Source of the DNA: Candidatus Zhuqueibacterota bacterium
GTDB lineage: Bacteria; Zhuqueibacterota; Zhuqueibacteria; Residuimicrobiales; Oceaniaggregativiventaceae
DNA length: 64,000 bases
NCBI GenBank assembly: GCA_014728085.1
Contig: WJMF01000055.1
Location: 21,045-85,044 of the forward strand
Reading direction: 5' to 3'
In this document: one piece after another, positions 37,089 to 45,032 of the stretch
How positions within the stretch are numbered: the stretch's first letter is position 1
Layout of the letters: every line of letters begins with the position of its first letter
Position numbers and translations under genes: made by a program
Notes under the pieces: model-generated
Told to the model about the DNA's origin: nothing
What the model saw: the letters and a program-made list of their open reading frames with translations, nothing else
Database searches by the model: none

Positions 37089-38375
37089 ATGCGCAACACA
37101 CTTTTGCTCATTTCTCTGATCGCGACCACTCTGTTGACCGTCTGCATCATACCTTTAAAAGAGAAAAATCCCGTGTTACATCCCGTTTATCTGCAGTCAC
37201 TCTCCTCCCGGGAATATATAAAAAAAACGGCAAAAATCAAATATGGCGATACACTTGAAACGCTTTTATCGGGGGCCGGTGTCAATCGCCGGGATATTCG
37301 GCAAATTGTAGCTTGTTTTAACCATAGCTATGATTCACGCCGTCTCTTGCCGAATCAACCCTTTAGTCTGTTATACGATGCTTCCATGACGTTACAGGGT
37401 TTTGAATACCGGGCAAGAAAAGATCTTGTTTTGCGCATTGTACGTGACCCGGAAGGAACATTCAAAGCGCGAAAACGAGCTATTCCGCACAAAACCATTC
37501 TTAAAAGTTTAAACGGTACCGTAATCACCACACTTTATGACGCGATGATACAAGCCAACGAAAAACCGGGATTGATCACTGCCTTTAGCGATATTTTTCA
37601 GTGGGATATTGATTTTTTTACCGATCCCAGACCGGGAGACCGGTTTCATATTCTATACACAAAAAAATTCCTCATCGACACGACGGACTCGAATACCAGC
37701 GAGGCCGTGTTGGGGTATGGTCGCATTCTGGCGGCGCAATATCAGCAAACCGATACCGTGTATACGGCTATTTATTTTGATAATACACCGGCGGAGAGCG
37801 GTTATTACGACACCAGAGGCCAGTCTTTTCAAAAAGCCTTCCTGAAATCTCCTCTGAATTACCGGCGTATCAGTTCCTATTTCTCTCGTGCCCGCCGGCA
37901 TCCAATATTAAAAATTGTACGGCCACATTATGCGGTGGATTTTGCAGCTCCTTCCGGCACACCGGTTTCGGCTGCCGGGGACGGCAAGATCAGCGCCCTG
38001 GGATACAATAAGGGTCTGGGTAATTATATTAAAATTCGCCATACCAACAGCCGTTACGTTACCCGCTATGGCCATCTAAAATCGTTTGCTTCTGGTATAG
38101 CTTTGGGCACAAACGTTGTCCAGAGCCAGGTAATCGGATATGTCGGCCAGACCGGTCTGGCCACCGGCCCGCATCTGGATTATGCTTTCTACGACAACGG
38201 AAGGCCGATTAATCCCCTAAAAATAAAAATTACCTCAGGAGATCCAATCCTTCCACGAAACAGCTTAAAATATAAAATGACAAGAAATACAATGCTGGCG
38301 CTGCTCTCCGCTGCAAATGACGGCCCGGGCTCCTCTATAATGGTTAATAATACGCCCATTTATCGCATGCATTAA
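37089..38375 (+). CDS. Peptidase M23 family metalloendopeptidase with an OapA/Csd3-like N-domain
   Basis: There is a signal/TM N-terminus. M23 motifs are present: HYAVDFAAPSGTPVSAAGDG (HxxxD) and GYVGQTGLATGPHLDYAFY (HxH). The ATG at 37089 is in frame with the track ORF, which starts inside the upstream gene. Confidence 0.8.
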   Translation: MRNTLLLISLIATTLLTVCIIPLKEKNPVLHPVYLQSLSSREYIKKTAKIKYGDTLETLLSGAGVNRRDIRQIVACFNHSYDSRRLLPNQPFSLLYDASMTLQGFEYRARKDLVLRIVRDPEGTFKARKRAIPHKTILKSLNGTVITTLYDAMIQANEKPGLITAFSDIFQWDIDFFTDPRPGDRFHILYTKKFLIDTTDSNTSEAVLGYGRILAAQYQQTDTVYTAIYFDNTPAESGYYDTRGQSFQKAFLKSPLNYRRISSYFSRARRHPILKIVRPHYAVDFAAPSGTPVSAAGDGKISALGYNKGLGNYIKIRHTNSRYVTRYGHLKSFASGIALGTNVVQSQVIGYVGQTGLATGPHLDYAFYDNGRPINPLKIKITSGDPILPRNSLKYKMTRNTMLALLSAANDGPGSSIMVNNTPIYRMH

Positions 38376-38464
38376 CGGACAGACCTGTTATCCCTCATCC
38401 ACCCCTTTCAACAGGGGCATGTCAATGATATCATCCAAGTTAAGTATTCTCAATTATCAGGTAG

Positions 38465-38896
38465 AAAAACAGGAATGCCATTAAACCGATCAATGATCCC
38501 GGCATGCTTGAACCCGAAGACTCTGATTACCCAGGCAACACCTCTACGATACGCGTTATCGGCATCAAGGTAGGGGACGACACAAGGGCATATCCGATCC
38601 CGAGACTGGCGAGCCATGAAGTGGTAAACGATGTCGTCGCCGGCACACCGGTGGCGGTGGTATACTGACCGCTCGAAGACTACGCTGCCGTGTGCAAGCG
38701 AACCCTTGACGAAAAAACACTTACAATCAGCGCAAGTGGCTGGACCGATCTTACCCGTTTTATTCTCTATGATTATGAGACAAAAAGTATGTGGTTTCCC
38801 CTAACCGGTACAACCGGATTGACGGCCATTAGCGGACATTATGCAGATCGCAAACTGGAAGAAATTGCTTCCCAAAAAACAACCTGGAATCTCTAA
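38465..38896 (+). pseudogene. DUF3179 family gene remnant, N-terminally truncated, with an in-frame TGA at 38666-38668
   Basis: The frame translates as ...RAYPIPRLASHEVVNDVVAGTPVAVVY*PLEDYAAVCKRTLDEKTLTISASGWTD...YDYETKSMW. This matches the DUF3179 core (HEVVND...VTYCPLC...VSG...YDRETESLW) as I recall it. The stop replaces the first Cys of the CPLC motif. Upstream, the same frame is closed by TAG at 38462. Confidence 0.55.
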
Positions 38897-38936
38897 AAGT
38901 CGTCTCATCCCGAATCCAAATATATGGAATATTAGG

Positions 38937-39797
38937 CTACAGATACCAATATTTACGATCTCCGACAAACTCTTTTTCAAAGTGCTGCCTGAGAAAATTA
39001 AAAGCCTCTTCCACCGAATCAGCGCGAAAAAACAGATCCAGATCCTCTTCGCTGATGACTCCCCATTCCGCCATTTTTTTAAAGTCGACGATGCTGTTCC
39101 AATAGTCATTGCCGTAGACCACAACGCATAGCGGCTTTTTGACTTTTTCGGTTTGCCGCAACGTAAGCAATTCGAAGAGTTCATCCAGTGTACCGAATCC
39201 TCCCGGAAATACGACCAGAGCTTTGGCCAGATAAACAAACCAGAATTTACGCATAAAAAAATAGTGAAATTCAAAGGAAAGGTCTTCGGTAATATAGGGA
39301 TTGGGGTATTGTTCCATGGGCAGGCTGATGTTCAGACCAATGCTCACACCATCCGCTTCTCTGGCGCCGCGGTTGGCGGCCTCCATAATGCCGGGGCCTC
39401 CCCCGGAGCAGACGATAAACCGCTTGTCCTGTTCCAGGCTCTTCGACCACTCGGTGAGGTCATGCGCCAGTTTTCTGGCTTCCTCATAATAACGGCTCAG
39501 TTCAACCTGCCGTTCAGCCATTTCGAGTTGTTTGGCCAGCAGACCGCGCCGGGCGTCGTCATCGTTCTGTAGCTCCAGCTTGAGACGCTTATACTCGTTC
39601 CGGGCTTCCAGTTTCGATTTCAGACGAGCCGATCCGTAAAAAACCACTGTGTCTTTGATACGGTTTTTTCTTAAACGATATAACGGCTCCAGATATTCAG
39701 ACAACAGGCGAATGGGCCTTGCATCCGCACTATGCATGAACTTCATGTTCTCATAAGCTTTGACCAGTTCCGGAATCTTGACATCGTTTTTATCCAT
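38937..39797 (-). CDS. LOG family protein (cytokinin riboside 5'-monophosphate phosphoribohydrolase / nucleotide nucleosidase family)
   Basis: The motifs GGGPGIMEA and PGGFGTLDELFE are present. Confidence 0.8.
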   Translation of the reverse strand: MDKNDVKIPELVKAYENMKFMHSADARPIRLLSEYLEPLYRLRKNRIKDTVVFYGSARLKSKLEARNEYKRLKLELQNDDDARRGLLAKQLEMAERQVELSRYYEEARKLAHDLTEWSKSLEQDKRFIVCSGGGPGIMEAANRGAREADGVSIGLNISLPMEQYPNPYITEDLSFEFHYFFMRKFWFVYLAKALVVFPGGFGTLDELFELLTLRQTEKVKKPLCVVVYGNDYWNSIVDFKKMAEWGVISEEDLDLFFRADSVEEAFNFLRQHFEKEFVGDRKYWYL

Positions 39798-39814
39798 TAC
39801 CCTTCTCCATACGA

Positions 39815-40576
39815 TTAAAAGTTGCGTTGCAGCCAGGTAAGCGTTTGTTTGATAACCTGACGCCTGTGCGCCGGTTTTTGATAGGCGTGGTCAGCTTGTG
39901 GGATTTCCATAAAATGCGCCGGGGGCATGACAATCTGTCTGAAACGCTGGAATCCCTCGACAAAAAGATCCTCATCCCCTGTTCCCTGTACGATCATTTT
40001 GGGTACCGTGATTTGCGACAGCTCGTCTTCTATATCATATTTCAATGCATCTTGTAAAAAGGCCGGCTTTATCAGCCATCCTTCATATTCGTATTGATCA
40101 ATCGAAGCGTCCAGCGCTTCCAAAGGCCCAATTTTGGATTCAAATAATTTTTTCATATCAGGTACGGCGGACCACGTCACCAAAGCGTGGATATCGATAT
40201 CCTTAACGGAACAAATAGCTGCTGCCGCTCCCATGCTGATTCCTAAAAGAGCGATTTCTCCATACGCCTGCTGCCGGCACCACCTAACCACGTCGATAAT
40301 ATTTTGAATATTGCTGCTAAAAAGCGTATCGGCAAAATCACCCTCACTGTCGCCCGAACCGTAAAAATCAAAGCGCAAGGCATTATATTTCCTCTCAGCC
40401 AACGCGCGTGCAGTTTCTACAAAAAGACGGTTATGCTCGATCTTGTTAAAGGTAAATCCATGGCAGAGAATAACAATTTTTTTTGAGGTACAAGGATGCA
40501 ACATACCGACAAGCTGGTGCGACTGGCTGTCCAGGATGACAGGGGTTTCCTGACTGCTTTTTGAAAGAGAAGACAT
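39815..40576 (-). CDS. Alpha/beta-fold hydrolase
   Basis: There is a GISMG nucleophile elbow with a downstream Asp/His region. The gene lies 4 bp from the GT2 gene. Confidence 0.7.
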   Translation of the reverse strand: MSSLSKSSQETPVILDSQSHQLVGMLHPCTSKKIVILCHGFTFNKIEHNRLFVETARALAERKYNALRFDFYGSGDSEGDFADTLFSSNIQNIIDVVRWCRQQAYGEIALLGISMGAAAAICSVKDIDIHALVTWSAVPDMKKLFESKIGPLEALDASIDQYEYEGWLIKPAFLQDALKYDIEDELSQITVPKMIVQGTGDEDLFVEGFQRFRQIVMPPAHFMEIPQADHAYQKPAHRRQVIKQTLTWLQRNF

Positions 40577-40580
40577 GAAA

Positions 40581-41315
40581 TTAAATCTTTCCGATTAAAC
40601 TTAGAAATTTAAATTTCCAAACCATCCAGATGGCTTCACGAATGATTTTATGTGACATTTTTGATGTTCCGGCAACCCGATCCGTAAAGACAATCGAAAT
40701 TTCGTGTAATTTAAATCCTTTTTTCCAGGCGCGAAAATTCATCTCAATCTGAAATGAATAACCATCGGACTCGATAATATCCAAATCTATGGATTCCAGC
40801 ACCTTGCGCCGGAAACATTTAAAGCCGCCGGTGCAATCATGCAAAGGAAGACCCGTAATCAGGCGAGTATAGCGACTGGCCCCCATGCTGAGCATCAAAC
40901 GCCCCAACGGCCAATGTACCACATTAACGCCATCGACATAACGCGAACCGATAACAAGATCATAATTCTGCGCCGCCTGTAATAAACGGGGAATATCTTC
41001 CGGATCATGCGACAAGTCCGCATCCATTTCAATGATATACTCATAATCGCGCTCAAGGGCGTATTTAAAACCGGTCACATAAGCTGTACCGAGTCCCATC
41101 TTTTTATCCCGCCTGATCAGGTGAATGCTCGAATCTTTCCGGGACAGACTTTGTACCAGATCCCCGGTACCATCCGGTGAATTATCATCGACAATCAGCG
41201 TATCGAGTCCCTGAATTTTCAGATCGCGAATTCTGTTCAGCAGCACGGGAATATTCTGCCGTTCGTTAAAAGTGGGGATGATAACCAATACCTTCAAACT
41301 GTTCTCCTTATGCAA
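40581..41315 (-). CDS. GT2 polyprenyl-phosphate sugar synthase (Dpm1/GtrB/ArnC-like polyprenol monophospho-hexose synthase)
   Basis: It has a GT-A fold with IIPTFNE, DDNSPDGT (DxD) and EMDADLSHDPE, as seen in the DPM1 family. It overlaps the downstream RmlD-like gene by 8 bp. Confidence 0.8.
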   Translation of the reverse strand: MHKENSLKVLVIIPTFNERQNIPVLLNRIRDLKIQGLDTLIVDDNSPDGTGDLVQSLSRKDSSIHLIRRDKKMGLGTAYVTGFKYALERDYEYIIEMDADLSHDPEDIPRLLQAAQNYDLVIGSRYVDGVNVVHWPLGRLMLSMGASRYTRLITGLPLHDCTGGFKCFRRKVLESIDLDIIESDGYSFQIEMNFRAWKKGFKLHEISIVFTDRVAGTSKMSHKIIREAIWMVWKFKFLSLIGKI

Positions 41316-42210
41316 ACATCGCGGCCAGATCCTCGAGTTGTTTCTTAAAGCACTCCAATCCGGTTTTAACGTCTTTTGGCGCGATTTCCAATTCTTGCAT
41401 CGCTTTTTCGATACGCAATCCCGAGTTCAGGGGACGGGGTGCCTTTTGTTCCAGTTCTCCGGTTGTAATCGGTTGTATCAGATCACCATCTAGGCCGAAA
41501 ACACCGGCAATCGTTTTGGCAAAATCATAGCGGCTAACGATTTCACTGCCGGCGATGTGATATATACCGGACTTTTCTCGTTCTACAATAGTCCATATAC
41601 CGCGGGCGAGGTCATCGGAAAGTGTCGTATTGCCGATTTGATCGGTAACGATCTTGACAGCGTTCCCCCTTTTGAGGGCATTGATCAACCAGGTGACAAA
41701 ATTCTGCTGACCCGCCCGGTTGGTACCATACAATATCATGGTACGAACGATGGCGATATGGAGCGATGAGGCTTTAAGAACATTTTCGCTCGCTAGTTTA
41801 GAACGGCCATAATAACCCAGTGGATTCGGAGGATCGGTTTCCCCGTATGGTCCCGCTTTGCCGTCAAATATATAATCGGTTGAAACATGGAGCAGCCTGG
41901 AATTTTGTTTGCGCGCCGCATAAATCAGGTTTTCCACTGCAACCACATTTTGTTGCCAACAGAGATTTTTCTCCTCCTCTGCGGCATCCACACCTGTATA
42001 GGCTGCCGCGTTTAGAATCCAATCCGGTTGGATGGATTGAATCCGTTCGGCGAGTGCATCTTTATCGAGCAAATCGAGAGCGTAAAAGCGGTTATTTTGC
42101 AGAAAAGGATCACTCAGCCTTTTATCGAGACCGAAAATTTGCACCGAGTCAGCGGTTTGAATTAATTTTTGGCCCAATTGTCCGTTGCATCCTGTTACCA
42201 ATACGCGCAT
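41308..42210 (-). CDS. dTDP-4-dehydrorhamnose reductase-like (RmlD family)
   Basis: The N-terminus is MRVLVTGCNGQLG. HVSTDYIFDG is present, as is the YGRSKLASE catalytic pair. Confidence 0.8.
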   Translation of the reverse strand: MRVLVTGCNGQLGQKLIQTADSVQIFGLDKRLSDPFLQNNRFYALDLLDKDALAERIQSIQPDWILNAAAYTGVDAAEEEKNLCWQQNVVAVENLIYAARKQNSRLLHVSTDYIFDGKAGPYGETDPPNPLGYYGRSKLASENVLKASSLHIAIVRTMILYGTNRAGQQNFVTWLINALKRGNAVKIVTDQIGNTTLSDDLARGIWTIVEREKSGIYHIAGSEIVSRYDFAKTIAGVFGLDGDLIQPITTGELEQKAPRPLNSGLRIEKAMQELEIAPKDVKTGLECFKKQLEDLAAMFA

Positions 42211-42381
42211 GTGTAATGCTTTCAGCTATTAATTGTCGCTCTATCTGAATTCACCGGCCGCTGTAACGGCCGGCGCGGATCATCCGCAGAGAATGGCCTT
42301 TCCATTCAAGCGTAAACCCCGGATCCGTACATTTCCTGTCCGGTTCAGCAAAGTAATCCCTCCCAGCCGCACAGGACAAAC

Positions 42382-42840
42382 TTAGAATTTACAACCATTT
42401 TGTTTAAACGTTGCGAGCTTTTGTTTAATATCATCTTCCTGCAGAGACAATAATCGTGCGGCAAAGACCGCAGCATTAATGGCTCCGGCTTTACCAATAG
42501 CCATCGTGGCAACCGGGATGCCTTTGGGCATCTGAACGATGGAATAAAGGGCATCGACACCATTCAATGCTGAACCTGCCAGAGGGACACCGATCACCGG
42601 TAGCAGCGTCAGGCTGGCCAGAACGCCGGGAAGATGAGCCGCCATACCGGCACCGGCAATAATGGCCGAATATCCCTCGGCTTCCGCGTTTTTGGCAAAT
42701 TCAGCCGTCTCGTCGGGATTGCGGTGAGCAGAGAGAATAAAAGATTTTGATTCTATACCAAAATAAGCAAGAGCCTTTTCAGCTTCCTGCATCACTTCGC
42801 GATCCGAAGCACTTCCCATCAATATGGCCACCTTTGCCAT
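42382..42840 (-). CDS. purE: N5-carboxyaminoimidazole ribonucleotide mutase (class I PurE)
   Basis: KVAILMGSASD and the SAHRNPD motif are present. I chose the internal start MAKVAI at 42840. Confidence 0.9.
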   Translation of the reverse strand: MAKVAILMGSASDREVMQEAEKALAYFGIESKSFILSAHRNPDETAEFAKNAEAEGYSAIIAGAGMAAHLPGVLASLTLLPVIGVPLAGSALNGVDALYSIVQMPKGIPVATMAIGKAGAINAAVFAARLLSLQEDDIKQKLATFKQNGCKF

Positions 42841-42841
42841 A

Positions 42842-43885
42842 TCATTCACTCCTTTCCAGTTCATAACGGGTTCTAAAGGTATGAGCCATAACATCCAGCT
42901 GGCGCATAAAGGTCCATTTGCGATTTCCGGGATTAAAAACGGAAATATCGATCATATAGAGCCGGCCTTGTGGCTCATCATAAAAACCATAACTGCGGAA
43001 CGGACCGCCTCCGAATGTTGTGCTGTCTTGGCGCTGCCAGACCCCGTCCAGGCGAAGGGCGTAACGGCCGTTAAAGTTGACCTCTTTATCGCGAACCGGA
43101 ATAATTTCCCGTTCAATAAAATCACCACCATAATAATCTTCGGCAAGGCGCTCACGCGTTTCCAACATCCATTCCTTTGAGAGCATGGACGGATCATCAC
43201 TCGGTTGCCAATGAATTAAAAATTCCCGTTCAGGCAAAAGACGGCGCAACCAAACCACCCTGGCTTGAGCAGAGTCGACGGCGATGAAATAATCATGCTG
43301 CACCCGAACCATCCAGTCGTGTTCCTCTAAAAGCTTGTTCTCGATATCCTTTTGCTCATAAGAGTCATACATGGATTCTTTTACCATCTCGTTGGCGTGG
43401 TCGTTGAACAGGGCATAAATTTTATCCCCATCTTCAACAATGTGCTTTCTCAGAGTCTCCCTGTTCCTGGAAGCAAGAACGACGAGCAATTGATCCTGCG
43501 CCCAGGTGTCCTTGCTTTTGAAAAGAAAAACACTGTCTTCTTCCACCCGCCGGCGGTTCTCTTCACTCAACAACTGATTGAGCAAATCCGCCGTGGTTCC
43601 GCCCATCTCCAGAGTTCCCACCACCAGAAGATTGGGATAACGTTTGAGGTCCATGATAGAGGCCGGGGGCTTGACCGCCATTCGCAATACCTTTTCGGGC
43701 TGGGGGGTATAAAACTCCTTTTCGATGGCATTTTCGAGCTCTTCACCGATATCCAGCCATAGACTGGAATCGCAAAGCGCAATCAGCCGGTCCACTGATC
43801 CCAGGGAGCCTTTTTTGTAATCGCAACTGCTCCACAGAGCCAGCGCAATAATACAAAGGCTTGATATCCAAAATAAATTTCGCAT
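42842..43885 (-). CDS. Putative lipoprotein of unknown function (resembles Bacteroidetes-type DUF4837 lipoproteins; family name from memory)
   Basis: The ATG at 43885 gives MRNLFWISSLCIIALALWSSC with a lipobox. Confidence 0.45.
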   Translation of the reverse strand: MRNLFWISSLCIIALALWSSCDYKKGSLGSVDRLIALCDSSLWLDIGEELENAIEKEFYTPQPEKVLRMAVKPPASIMDLKRYPNLLVVGTLEMGGTTADLLNQLLSEENRRRVEEDSVFLFKSKDTWAQDQLLVVLASRNRETLRKHIVEDGDKIYALFNDHANEMVKESMYDSYEQKDIENKLLEEHDWMVRVQHDYFIAVDSAQARVVWLRRLLPEREFLIHWQPSDDPSMLSKEWMLETRERLAEDYYGGDFIEREIIPVRDKEVNFNGRYALRLDGVWQRQDSTTFGGGPFRSYGFYDEPQGRLYMIDISVFNPGNRKWTFMRQLDVMAHTFRTRYELERSE

Positions 43886-44040
43886 AGCAACATCCTTTTT
43901 TAAGCTGATTTTGACCGTTTGGATCCGGAACGTTGCTTTCGCCGGCCCTTTATCTGCCGGTTCCGGGTCAAAAACGTTGCTTATCAAATTTATAACTAAA
44001 AAATACAAAAAAGTAATCAATTATACAAAGCTGTTTGTGT

Positions 44041-45027
44041 CTATACATCACTCCTCTTTTTCATCTGTTCCTTGCGCAGGGCAAAAAGAAAGCCACCGGG
44101 CAGAGAAGCGATAATGCCGATAACATAGGCAAGGAATTCAAAAGCGACCACCTTTGCCGAGGCAACACCGAGCTGGCCGAACAGAGTAACTCCGCTTTGT
44201 TCCCTGACCCCGATTCCGCCAACGGATATGGGCAAGCTGGCGGCCAAGGCAATAAGCGGAATAAAAATAATAAAATATTCAAACCCTATAGTCACACCCA
44301 TTGCCAGTGCCGCAAAATAATGGGTGGCGATACGAAGGGCCTGAATACAAAAAGATAAAATTAACAGAACAATCAGAAAGCGTCGATTGGCACCAAAACC
44401 ATGAATGCAGGAATAGATATCGCGCAATTTTTGATGAATGACGACAGGGATGATGAGACGAAATAGCCAGCTAAATTTGCGCGCCAGGCGACGGTCAAAA
44501 AGAAACCACATTGTAAATATCCAGATCAGCAAGATAGTGACCTGCAGAACCACAGCAATCTGAGAGGAAAGATGACGAGCCCAGATGACAGACGCAACAA
44601 CAGCAAGCGAAGTAAGGGTAAAAAAGCCGATAAACCGGTCCAGCAATACAGTTGACACGGCATCCGCCATCTTGCCGGAATTACGGCTAATATCATAGAT
44701 TCTGAATGCATCACCGCCGATATAACCGATGAGAAAATTGTTAAAGAACAGACCAACGTGATAATATGCCAGCACCTGTAACCAGGCAATTTCAATTTGC
44801 CTTGCTCTTAACAGCATATACCACTGCAGCGCACCGAGAACATTGCTGAATGCAAAGACCAGCAATGAGACGACAAACCATTTCACGTTCATGGTAAAGA
44901 ACTGGCTAATGATCTGCTCCAATCCTATGCGCTGCAGCAAAATATAAATCAGAGAAACGCTGATCAATACCTTAATCAGGGTAATGATACCATGCCGTAT
45001 TTTTTTTCTCTCCGGATTTTGTTTCAT
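44041..45027 (-). CDS. UPF0104 / lysyl-PG-synthase-TM-like 'flippase-like' integral membrane protein
   Basis: It has about 8 TM helices with a basic N-terminus. The pattern is that of the TIGR00374/LPG_synthase_TM family. Such genes are typically found beside glycosyltransferases. Confidence 0.65.
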   Translation of the reverse strand: MKQNPERKKIRHGIITLIKVLISVSLIYILLQRIGLEQIISQFFTMNVKWFVVSLLVFAFSNVLGALQWYMLLRARQIEIAWLQVLAYYHVGLFFNNFLIGYIGGDAFRIYDISRNSGKMADAVSTVLLDRFIGFFTLTSLAVVASVIWARHLSSQIAVVLQVTILLIWIFTMWFLFDRRLARKFSWLFRLIIPVVIHQKLRDIYSCIHGFGANRRFLIVLLILSFCIQALRIATHYFAALAMGVTIGFEYFIIFIPLIALAASLPISVGGIGVREQSGVTLFGQLGVASAKVVAFEFLAYVIGIIASLPGGFLFALRKEQMKKRSDV

Positions 45028-45032
45028 TGTCG

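Noticed and set aside
38666-38668. TGA in the DUF3179 frame as a possible selenocysteine codon
   Set aside because: It is tempting because the TGA replaces a conserved Cys and a small hairpin follows. However, the gene also lacks its N-terminus and its second motif Cys, and no Sec machinery is visible. The pseudogene reading is favoured. I keep it as a finding for verification.
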